Assembly (NCBI GenBank): GCA_964635055.1 | Contig: CAZWMT010000015.1 | Span: 36,632-100,631 of the forward strand | Direction: 5' to 3' | Origin: an uncultured Microthrixaceae bacterium | GTDB lineage: Bacteria > Actinomycetota > Acidimicrobiia > Acidimicrobiales > DATDAH01 | Length of the DNA stretch: 64,000 nt | Part shown: positions 45,921 to 55,559 of the stretch, in pieces | Layout of the letters: the number at the start of each line of letters is the position of its first letter | Numbering within the stretch: position 1 is the first letter of the stretch | The notes under the pieces: model-generated | Database searches by the model: none | What the model was told of the DNA's origin: nothing | Seen by the model: the letters and a program-made list of their open reading frames with translations, nothing else | Program-made: the position numbers and the translations under genes

Positions 45921-47125
45921 GCCTCCACCACCAGGTGCTCCCAGCCCCGGGTGTTGATCCCGGAGACCATCGAGGACGCCTCCCGGTCGATGGTCCAGCC
46001 CGGGAGGGTGTCGAGGAGGACATCGATGGCGACGCGCATCTCGAGCCGGGCCAGAGAGGCGCCCAGGCAGAAGTGGGGCCCGAAGCCGAACGAGAAGTTC
46101 TGCCCACCGGATCGTCGGATGTCGAAGACGTCGGGCTCCGGGAACTGCCGCTCGTCCCGGTTGGCGGCGGGTGGCAGCACGACCATCGCGCTCCGGGCGG
46201 GCACGACGGTGCCGTGCAGCTCGATGTCCCGGGTCACCCAGCGGGCGGCGTGATACGACACCGCCTCGTAGCGGATGATCTCCTCGACGGCGGTCGCCAT
46301 CAGGCCCCGGTCGGCCCGCAGCGCCTCGCGTTGGTCCGGGTGGTCCCCCAGCGCGCGCATCGCCCATCCGAGGGCCATGGCCGTCGTGTCGGATCCGGCC
46401 GAGGCGATCAGGGTCAGGTAGGTGAGGATCTCGTCCCGACGGAGCGTCCGGGTGGCGCCCGTCTCGTCGGTGAGCTCCATGTGGAGCAGTTGCGTCATGA
46501 CGTCGTCGGTGGGGTGGTTCACCCGCTCGTCGAGGTAGCGGTCGAACCACACGGCGCTTTCGGCGATCCCGGCGAGGGCATCGGCGTCCGGATCGTCGGA
46601 GTCGGTGTGCATCGTCCGGTGGAACACGGCGTGCAACTCGGCCTGGTCCGCCTTGGGCAGGCCCAGCAGCATGCCGATGACCTGTACCGGGATCTGGTTG
46701 GCGACCTCCGCCATGAAGTCGAAGCGCGACCGGCCCCGGATCGACTCGACCACCTCCTCGCAGAGGTGGCGGATCTGCTCCTCCAGCCCGTTGACCGCTC
46801 TCGGCGTGAACAGGCGGGACACGAGGGCCCGGTGCATCGTGTGTTGGGGTGGGTCCTCGCAGATGAACAGGCCGTCGGGCATCTCGAGGCCCAGGTCGAC
46901 GCACGCCTTGAGGACCTCGTAGGTCATGCCGTTGCCGGAGATGAACGTGTCCCGGTCGGCGAGCACCTGCGCAACGTCGGCGTAGCGGCTCACCGCGAAG
47001 AAGTCGTACTGCTCGCTCCGGTAGAGCGGCATCTCGTCGCGGAGGCGACGCAGCACCTCGTACGGGGCGGCGAACGTGTCGCGGTCGTAGAGGTCGAACT
47101 CGACATCGGAGGTTGTCAGGGCCAT
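45917..47125 (-). CDS. Cytochrome P450
   Basis: Heme loop FSFGFGPHFCLGASLA; AGSDTT I-helix; EEIIRY (ExxR). Start MALTTSDVEFDLYD behind a GGGGAGG RBS. Confidence 0.92.
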   Translation of the reverse strand: MALTTSDVEFDLYDRDTFAAPYEVLRRLRDEMPLYRSEQYDFFAVSRYADVAQVLADRDTFISGNGMTYEVLKACVDLGLEMPDGLFICEDPPQHTMHRALVSRLFTPRAVNGLEEQIRHLCEEVVESIRGRSRFDFMAEVANQIPVQVIGMLLGLPKADQAELHAVFHRTMHTDSDDPDADALAGIAESAVWFDRYLDERVNHPTDDVMTQLLHMELTDETGATRTLRRDEILTYLTLIASAGSDTTAMALGWAMRALGDHPDQREALRADRGLMATAVEEIIRYEAVSYHAARWVTRDIELHGTVVPARSAMVVLPPAANRDERQFPEPDVFDIRRSGGQNFSFGFGPHFCLGASLARLEMRVAIDVLLDTLPGWTIDREASSMVSGINTRGWEHLVVEA

Positions 47126-47181
47126 GAAGGGCCTCCCCGAGAGCTTCGGCTGGGTGGTGTCGCTGCGAACCAGATCCAATG

Positions 47182-47197
47182 CTGACACTAGACTGCC
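47182..47197. promoter_or_regulatory. Candidate operator (site 9)
   Basis: TGACACTAGACTGCCA contains TAGACT. It lies in the divergent gap between the P450 (start 47125, minus strand) and the SDR gene (start 47277, plus strand). Confidence 0.55.
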
Positions 47198-47276
47198 AAA
47201 TTGGCGAGAGCGGGTGTACCGCGCCAGGGGCCGACGCCGGGGGAGATCGAGGCGTCGCTCGCCGGACGGAGGATCC

Positions 47277-48206
47277 ATGATCGACTTCACCGACCAGTCC
47301 GTGATCGTGACCGGCGCCGGGCGTGGGCTCGGGAGGGAGTATGCGCTCGAGCTCGCGAGGCGCGGTGCTCGCGTCGTGGTCAACGACGTCGGTGGTTCGA
47401 TGAGTGGCGAAGGCATCGACCGGTCCGTGGCCGAAGCGGTCGTCGACGAGATCCGAGGGGTCGGGGGTGAGGCGGTCGTTTCCCACCATTCAGTCGACTC
47501 GCCGGAGGGGGCACGTGCGATCGTCGCCGCCGCCACGGATGCGTTCGGTCGGCTCGACGCCGTGATCAGCAACGCGGGCATCTACGGGATGCATCCCTTC
47601 GAGGAGCTCTCGGTCGAGCAATGGCGTCGGATGCTCCAGGTCCACCTCGACGGAGCGTTCTTCCTCAGCCAACCGGCGCTCGAGGTGATGTGCGCCCAGG
47701 GATCCGGCCGGCTCGTGTTCATCGCGTCGAACATCGGGGCGTTCGGTCAGGAGCATGCGGCCCACTACGCCGCAGCCAAGGGCGGGATCATCGGGCTGAC
47801 GAACGCGCTCGCCGTCGAATACGCACCTCACAGCATCAAGGTCAACGCGGTCCTACCCGTCGGACGGACCCGGATGATGACCGACTCGATGGGCGAGCGA
47901 GCGCCGAATCCCGTGCTCGACCAGTTCTTCGACGCGACGACGGTGGAGCGCATCGTCCCGCTCGTCGTCTACCTCGCCAGCGGTGCCTGCTCCTTGAGCC
48001 ACCACTGCTTCTCAGCGGTGGCCGGCCGTTACGCACGCGTCTTCCTCGGCCTCGGCGAAGGGTGGGTCGCCGACGGGGCCGTCGACGCGACCGCTGAGGA
48101 CATCGCCGAGCACCTCGACGAGATCACTGCGACCGAGCCGTTCTCGGTCCCGCTGTCGGTGGCAGATGAGATCTTCACGGTGCTCGGCCAGATCGGCTTG
48201 ATCTGA
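47277..48206 (+). CDS. SDR oxidoreductase, MFE-2/Hsd4A-like type
   Basis: QSVIVTGAGRGLGREYALELARRGARVVVNDVGGSMSGEG...EIRGVGGEAV. Confidence 0.85.
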   Translation: MIDFTDQSVIVTGAGRGLGREYALELARRGARVVVNDVGGSMSGEGIDRSVAEAVVDEIRGVGGEAVVSHHSVDSPEGARAIVAAATDAFGRLDAVISNAGIYGMHPFEELSVEQWRRMLQVHLDGAFFLSQPALEVMCAQGSGRLVFIASNIGAFGQEHAAHYAAAKGGIIGLTNALAVEYAPHSIKVNAVLPVGRTRMMTDSMGERAPNPVLDQFFDATTVERIVPLVVYLASGACSLSHHCFSAVAGRYARVFLGLGEGWVADGAVDATAEDIAEHLDEITATEPFSVPLSVADEIFTVLGQIGLI

Positions 48207-48277
48207 CGGCGGTCCGGGACCGAGCGGGGCGTCGAAGGTCAGATCCCTTGCGGAGGTGTCTTGCCAGGGTTAGATTC

Positions 48278-48293
48278 TGACAGTCGACTGACG
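48278..48293. promoter_or_regulatory. Candidate operator (site 10)
   Basis: TGACAGTCGACTGACG lies 44 nt upstream of the SBP start and is preceded by TTGCCA...TAGATT promoter-like hexamers. Confidence 0.55.
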
Positions 48294-48336
48294 GTTTTTG
48301 GCGCAGCGGTATCGCTGCCGGGGGGAGGACCATTCC

Positions 48337-49668
48337 ATGAGGCGCTTTCGATCCAGCCGGTCCACGGTGAACCGACGACTCCTCGGCGTGGCCCTCGTGG
48401 CGTTGCTCGGACTCGGTGCCGCCGCCTGCGGAAGCGAGACCGGCGGAGGGGACGAGACCGGCGCGACGACGTCGGTGGCCGGGGACGGTGGGACGACCGC
48501 GACGGTCGGTGGTGACCCCCTGGGCGAACCGAACCCGGCGTCTGGCACGCCCGTGACGGTGGGCTTGATCACGACAGGCGGCGACTGCGCCGACTGCTCG
48601 GAAGGTGGAGGGCTCGAGGAGCCCGCAGCACAGGCCACCGTGGAGTGGGTCAACGAGTACCTCGGCGGTGTCGGGGGTCATCCGGTCGAGCTCCAGGTGT
48701 GCAACAACGACCTCGATCCGTCCAAGGCGATCGATTGCGCGAACGAGCTCATCAGCGCCGGTGCAGTCGCAGTCGTCACCGGCGCCGACTCGACGGTCAC
48801 GGCGTGGGAGACGCTGCACGACGCCGGCATCCCCGTGATCAGCTTCGCCACCGCGGAGTCGTCCTACATCCAGGATCCGGACTCCACCTTTGTCCTCCAG
48901 GACAGCGCGGCCCTCACGGTCGAGTACCCGATCGGGGTCGCGGAGGAAGTCGACACCGACCTCCTCACGATCCTCCCCGTCGACCTTCCCGCGGCAACCG
49001 ACATCTACGACGAAGAGGCCACACAGGAGCGATTTGCGGAAGCCGGACTGGACCCGGCCGTCATCCCCGCCCCGCTCGGGGCGGTCGACATGACGCCTCA
49101 GGCGCAGCAGATCGTGCAGGACAACCCTGATGGCGTCGTGAACATCGTGGGCCACGATGCGTTCTGCATCCCCGCGATCAACGCCCTCGAGGCGGCGGGC
49201 TTCACGGGCACGATCGGCATCATCTCCTTCTGCGCCACCGACGCCATGCGAGAGGCGTTTGCCGGCTCGGATGTCCTCGAAGGCCTGCGGCTCGGCGCGT
49301 CCGATGCCCTCGGTGACGAATCGGACCCCTCGACCGTTCAGTACAACGCGGTCATGGACGAGTACGCCTCATCCGAGATCCCTCGGGATTCCTCTTCGCC
49401 ATCGGCGATCTACTCCTCCTTCGCGGGACTTGCCATCGGCACCGCCGGGCTGGAAGGGGAGGTCACCCCAGAATCGATCATCGATGCCATGCGGTCCATG
49501 GACAACGAAGTGCTGCCCGGAACGGGCGGTCGTGGCTTCCGGTGCAACGGCAATGCCTCGCCGAGCGGACCCGCAGTGTGCTCCGCCAGCGGCCTGTCGG
49601 CGACCCTCGACGCCGAGGGTCAACCGGTGAGCTACGCGGTGTTCAACGACGAGCCCATCCCGGACTGA
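48337..49668 (+). CDS. ABC transporter substrate-binding lipoprotein, branched-chain amino acid (LivJ/Peripla_BP_6) type
   Basis: Signal peptide plus lipobox: RRLLGVALVALLGLGAAAC. GGGGGGAGG RBS. It is followed by Liv-type permease and ATPase genes. Confidence 0.85.
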   Translation: MRRFRSSRSTVNRRLLGVALVALLGLGAAACGSETGGGDETGATTSVAGDGGTTATVGGDPLGEPNPASGTPVTVGLITTGGDCADCSEGGGLEEPAAQATVEWVNEYLGGVGGHPVELQVCNNDLDPSKAIDCANELISAGAVAVVTGADSTVTAWETLHDAGIPVISFATAESSYIQDPDSTFVLQDSAALTVEYPIGVAEEVDTDLLTILPVDLPAATDIYDEEATQERFAEAGLDPAVIPAPLGAVDMTPQAQQIVQDNPDGVVNIVGHDAFCIPAINALEAAGFTGTIGIISFCATDAMREAFAGSDVLEGLRLGASDALGDESDPSTVQYNAVMDEYASSEIPRDSSSPSAIYSSFAGLAIGTAGLEGEVTPESIIDAMRSMDNEVLPGTGGRGFRCNGNASPSGPAVCSASGLSATLDAEGQPVSYAVFNDEPIPD

Positions 49669-49707
49669 TCGTCCTCAACGGATCGTCGACACGAGAGAGG
49701 CCCACCC

Positions 49708-52421
49708 CTGGAGCACATCACCTCACTGCTGTTCGGCCTGGGCAACGGCGGTGTCTACGCAGCCCTAGCGCTCGCGATCGTATTGACCTACCGGAGCTCG
49801 GGGGTCATCAACTTCGCCACTGGGACGATCGCGCTCTTCACGGCGTACACCTTCGCGAACCTGCGGAAGGGTCTATTGCTGATCCTGATACCCGGCTTGC
49901 CTGGCAGCGTCGAGCTGCCACGAACCGTCGACCTCATCCCCGCAGCGCTGATCGCGCTCATGCTCGCCGCCCTGCTCGGTGCTCTCTTGTACCTCCTGGT
50001 CTTCAGGAACCTGCGGTCCGCGCCACCTCTGGCGCGCACCGGCGCGTCGCTGGGCTTGCTCGTGGTCCTTCAGGCCCTCATCGTCAACCGGGTCGGAGAA
50101 CGGCCGGTCAGCGTCCAGAGCATCTTCCCCGCCGATCGTTGGACGTTCGGCGAGGTGGGAATGCTGTCGGACCGGTTCTACCTCGCCGTCGCCGTGGTGG
50201 TGCTCACGCTCGGCCTCACGGCGGTGTTCCGCTGGACTCGCTTCGGGCTGCTGACCCGGGCGGTGGCCGAGACGCAGACGGGAGCACTGGTGAGTGGGGT
50301 GTCGCCTGAGCGGGTTGCCCTCTCGAACTGGGTGCTGAGCGCAGTCGTGGCTGGCGCCGCCGGCATCTTGATCTCGCCGATCACCCCGCTGACACCGACC
50401 GCCTACGCCCTCGTGGTCGTACCGGCCTTGGCGGCGGCCGTCGTCGGGCGCTTCGACGCGCTGATCCCGACGGTCCTCGCTGGATTGGCGATCGGCATGC
50501 TCCAGTCCGAGGCATCGTCGCTGGCACTCAGCGTCAGTTGGTTCCCCGAGTCTGGCTCGCCCGAACTGGTACCGCTGGTGGTGATCCTGGTTGCGCTGCT
50601 CTTCGTCGGCCGGGGAATCCGCACAAGGGGAGGCTTGGTGCGTGAGACGCTCGGGCGGGCTCCCCGCCCACAGCTGTTCCTGGCGCCCACTCTCATCGGG
50701 ACCGCAGTGGGCGTCGTCGCCCTGGCGGTGACCCACGGGACCTGGCGGGCGGCCGTCATCAACACGCTGATCGCCGCCATCATCGCCCTCTCGTTGGTCG
50801 TGGTGACCGGCTACGCAGGTCAGGTCTCGCTTGCACAGCTCACCCTGGCCGGTGTCGGCGGCTTCGCCCTGGCCGGTATCACCGAGGGTTGGGGGATCCC
50901 GTTCCCCTTCGCGCCGCTCCTCGCGGCAGTGATCACGGCGGTGGTCGGTGTGGTGGTCGGCCTTCCCGCGCTGCGCCTGCGCGGGCTCACCCTGGGCGTG
51001 GTGACGCTCGCGTTGGCCTATTCGATCGAGGCGGTCTGGTTCCGAAACGGCCAGTTCGTGCCATCCGGTGGTGCAAGGGTGGGTCGGCCCGAACTCTTGG
51101 GCATCGACCTCAGCATCGGCAGCGGCAGTGCGTTCCCCCGGATGCAGTTCGGGTTGCTCGCCCTTCTCACGCTCGTGGTCGTCGCATGGTGTGTGGCGAG
51201 GCTCCGAACGAGCGCAGTGGGATCGGCGATGCTCGCGGTGCGCGCCAACGAGCACTCCGCCGCGGGGATCGGGGTCAACGTCGTCGGCGTGAAGATCGCC
51301 AGCTTCGCCCTCGCGTCGTTCATCGCGGGGATTGGTGGCAGCCTCCTGGCGTATCGCCAGGGCACCATCACCTTCAACTCGTTCACTGCGCTGGGCGGGC
51401 TCGCCCTCTTGACCACGGTGTACCTGGCCGGCATCACGTCGGTTTCGGGCGGGATCCTCGCCGGCATCATGGCCGCGACCGGAGTCGTCTACCTGGCCGC
51501 CGACCGGTGGGTCGATCTCGGTCGTTGGTTCGTGGTGCTCACCGGCGTCGGCCTCATCGTCACGCTCATCCAGTACCCCGAGGGGCTCGCCGCCGCCGGT
51601 CATCGGCTTGCCCACCGACTACACGGATTCCGAATGTTCCGAGTGCCTCAGCGTCACCCAGAGGAGCACGCCGCAGCGCCTCCGGCCCTTCCAGCGCACG
51701 AGGGGACCGCTCTCGCAGTGGAGCACCTGACGGTTCGCTACGGCGGAGTCATGGCGGTGGCTGACGTCGACCTCCACGTGGACGTGGGCAAGGTGGTCGG
51801 ACTGATCGGACCGAACGGTGCCGGCAAGACGAGCCTGATCGACGCCGTGACGGGCTTTGCCCGCGCCGAGGGTGCGGTGTTGCTGCATGGTGAGCGCATC
51901 GACCGACTGAAGGCGCATGTCCGTGTCCGGGGAGGGCTCGCCCGAACCTTCCAGTCGCTCGAGCTGTACGACGACCTCACCGTGCACGAGAACGTCAGTG
52001 CTGCGCTGTTCGGGACGGCCCGAAAGCACCGGCCCGGCCAGGTCGATGCCGCACTCGAACGGGTCGGCTTGAGCGAGCTCGAAGAGCGCGAGGCCGGTGA
52101 GCTCAGCCAGGGTGAACGCCAGCTGGTGTCGATCGCCCGGGCGTGTGCATGCGAGCCGACGGTGCTCCTCCTGGACGAGCCTGCCGCCGGGCTCGGCCCG
52201 AAGGACACCGAGGAACTCGGCGAACGCATCCGGGCCATCGCCGCCTCGGGCACGGCGGTCCTCCTGGTCGACCACGACATCGGACTCGTTCTCGACGTCT
52301 GCGACTACATCTACGTCCTCGACTTCGGACAGATCCTGGTCGAGGGCGACGCCGAAGCGATCCGCAACGACAAGGCGTTCGCCGAGGCGTACCTCGGCAC
52401 CCTGCACCAGGTCGCGGCGTC

Positions 52422-52425
<4 letters not shown>
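49708..52425 (+). CDS. Triple fusion LivH-like permease + LivM-like permease + LivG-like ATPase; apparent CTG start
   Basis: One uninterrupted frame. LivH-like GVINFATG; LivM-like VVVTGYAGQVSLAQLTLAGVGGF; ATPase GPNGAGKTS, LSQGERQ, LLLDEPAAG. The conserved N-terminus LFGLGNGGVYAALALAIVL lies upstream of the first canonical start (TTG 49783). CTG 49708 sits 7 nt after GAGAGAGG. Confidence 0.8.
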
Positions 52426-53153
<728 letters not shown>

Positions 53154-53195
53154 GTCGCAGGGCGGGCCACAGCCATCCAGGACATGCGTAGACCC

Positions 53196-54342
53196 TGCCA
53201 GTCCGAGAAGTCATCGGCGTGACTGGTGGAGGTCGTCGGCCTGTCCGATGGGAGCGCGCTCGCCGCGGCTGGCTGTGGCTGACCCACGGAGTGCGCTCGT
53301 CTGTGTGGCGCGGGTGGATCTGCTTCCCGCGAGGCGTGCTGGGGACGCCCAACTGCTTCGGTGCCAGCTCGGGGCTCGCGCTGGTCGCTGAGCGTTGCGC
53401 TTGGTCTCTGCCCTCGCCGAGCGTCGTTCCTGCTTGTGCTGTGGGTTCAGGCGGCGGTGCGGTACTCGTTGATGAGCCCGGCGCAGGTGGTGCGCGGCTC
53501 GACGTTGCGCCCGAACGGAGGCTCGATCACCTTGCAGAGGGCGTCGTCGGGGGCGTGTTGGTCGAGGGCCCGGTGAGGGCGATGACTGTTGTAGTGGTTG
53601 AGGTAATCGGTGAGGAGTCGTCGATGCTCATCAGGAAGTTCCGGGCGACCTGGGTGGTCCACGCACCCGTGGGGTTGGCGGTGACCCCGGCCAAGTGCAC
53701 CCGGCGGGATCCCACCTCGATGAAGAACAGCACGTGGAGGCGTTGGAGGGTGGCGGTGTCGACGCAGCAGAAGTCGGTGGCGATCACTCCCCGGGCTTGG
53801 GTGCGGATGAACGCCGCCCAGGTGGGACCGGTCCGGTTCGGGGTGGGGTCGATGCCGGCGTCGCGGAGGACCTTCCACACGCTCGAGGGAGCGACCTTGT
53901 GGCCGAGGCGGGACAGTTCGCCGTGGATGCGCCGGTAGCCCCAGGTGGGGTCCTCACGGGCCATGCGCAGGGCGAGCCGTCGGGTCTCGGCGTGCACCGG
54001 CGGCCGTCCCCGTCGCGGGGCGGCGGGTTGGGTCCATCGGCGGGCGACCAGGCGGCGGTGCCACCCGATCACCGTGGCCGGTTGCACGATGAGGAACACG
54101 TCGCGGAGCCGGGCCCGGCCGATGGCGGTGGACAACACCGCGAGGATGGTGCGGTCGGTCTCGGTGAAGGCCGGTCGGGCGACCTGGCGTTGCAGCACGA
54201 GGACCTGGTGGCGCAGCGCGAGGATCTCGGCGTCACGCTCGTCGCCAGCGGCGAACAGCCAACCGAGGCGGCACACGACGAGACGGGCGATCGAGGGGAC
54301 GAGGTTCGTGGCGTCGGTGACGGTAACGGGGCCGACACCGGC
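53196..54342 (-). mobile_element. Decayed IS copy 1: rve (DDE integrase-core) transposase of IS481/IS3-superfamily type, with an internal deletion
   Basis: ORFs 53527..54276 and 53447..53878 together match copy 2 (ILALRHQVLVLQRQ...WGYRRIHGEL...ATDFCCVDT...HYNSHRPHRAL...CAGLINEYRTAA). About 190 nt covering the second Asp and the Glu region are missing. There is no canonical start codon. Boundaries come from by-eye alignment with copy 2. Confidence 0.7.
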
Positions 54343-54400
54343 CCTGATACTGAGGTGTCGCGGGCCGGGGTTTGCGCTGGCGTCAGCGCCATACGCTGCG

Positions 54401-55285
54401 GTGGTGGCCTTTCTGCTGTTCGTCGACGAGTCGGGTCAGGATCAGAAGGCGTCGCCGTACGAGGTCCTCGCGGGGGTGGCCGTCAAGGATGCAGAGCTGT
54501 GGCCTCTCATCAAGGACGTGATCGCGATCGAGGAGCGGCATTTCGGAAGGCGTTACAGCTGCGGTGCGCGGGAGCTCAAGGCCAAGAAGGTCCTGAAGGT
54601 GAAGTCGTTTCGCCAGGCGGCGACCCGCGCACCGTTCGACGAGGTCGAGCGGCGAGAACTCGCGCGAGCTTGCCTCGATGACGGGGCCGCCGCGACCCCC
54701 GACATGATCGCCGCCCTCGCACAAGCGAAGATCGCCTTTGCCGCGGCGGTGCTGCAGGCCTGCGCGGAGTCGCGGGTCCGGGTGTTCGCAACGATGGTGC
54801 CCCGTGGGGCGCCGAGATCGTCGGGTGCGGGCGGCTTGCGCAAGGACTACGCGTACCTCTTCGAACGCTTCTCCTACTTCTTGGAGGACGACGCTGGCGG
54901 CGACCAGCAAGGCATCGTCGTCTTCGACGAGCTCGAGCGAGCTCGGAGTCACCTCCTGGTTGGCCAGATGCAGGAGTACTTTCTTCGCACGGGGAAGGGC
55001 AGGCGTCGGGCCGCTTGGATCATCCCTGAGCCGTTCTTCGTCCACAGCGAACTCACCACCGGGGTTCAACTCGCAGACCTCGTCGCCTACGTGGTGAGTT
55101 GGAACTTCAGGTACTCACGGACCGATCTGCCAGCGCGGCCCGAACTCGATCCGCTCGGGCGGATCGTTGCCGACATGCGGTACCTCGCTGTCCGCGAGCA
55201 GGACGGGAACCCGGAGTTCAACATCTGGAGCATCACGGCGATTGATGATCTTCGGCCCCGCGAGCAACGCCCGAACGAAAACTAG
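54401..55285 (+). CDS. DUF3800 domain protein
   Basis: GTG start. N-terminal FLLFVDESGQD is the hallmark DUF3800 start; later motifs are IVVFDELE and HSELTTGVQLADLVAY. The upstream part of listed ORF 53945.. is antisense to the IS. Confidence 0.7.
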   Translation: MVAFLLFVDESGQDQKASPYEVLAGVAVKDAELWPLIKDVIAIEERHFGRRYSCGARELKAKKVLKVKSFRQAATRAPFDEVERRELARACLDDGAAATPDMIAALAQAKIAFAAAVLQACAESRVRVFATMVPRGAPRSSGAGGLRKDYAYLFERFSYFLEDDAGGDQQGIVVFDELERARSHLLVGQMQEYFLRTGKGRRRAAWIIPEPFFVHSELTTGVQLADLVAYVVSWNFRYSRTDLPARPELDPLGRIVADMRYLAVREQDGNPEFNIWSITAIDDLRPREQRPNEN

Positions 55286-55397
55286 AAAAGGCAATGCCAA
55301 CCCAAGGGCTGGCAAAGCCTCCGAGGACAGGATACCGGGCAGCGCCGTGGTCGGGCAACAGCTCTGATCCTTGACGGGCGGCCACCCGACGGCACGG

Positions 55398-55478
55398 GTT
55401 CCCGAATTCGAGAAATCCGTTCCCACTCTACCTGAGATCGCACGGCTGGCGGGATCTCTACCGGCCCCACGCGGGCGG
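55398..55478 (+). repeat. 81-bp direct repeat, copy A
   Basis: It shares the blocks GTTCCCGAAT, AATCCGTTCCC and ACCGGCCCCACGCGGGC, colinear with 58490-58570. Identity is about 70% by eye. Confidence 0.7.
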
Positions 55479-55559
55479 GGGTTGTCGAAAAGGTGGCAGA
55501 AAAGGTGGTGCGGCGGCGACTTTCGGGCCTTGAGGTCGTGCAGGTGTCGGTCGGCCAGC

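Noticed and set aside
3633-48293. Identification of the palindrome with the KstR or KstR2 steroid-regulon operators.
   Set aside because: The half-site TGACAGT differs from both the KstR (T-AAC-GTT-A core) and KstR2 (CAAG-CTTG core) consensus sequences. The similarity is only conceptual: a TetR regulator plus a lipid-like catabolic cluster.
55398-55430. A tRNA or tRNA fragment as an integration target, suggested by GTTCCCGAAT resembling a T-arm.
   Set aside because: It does not match the GGTTCGAATCC T-loop consensus. No acceptor or anticodon stems can be drawn. The same block occurs in mirror, not cloverleaf, arrangement.
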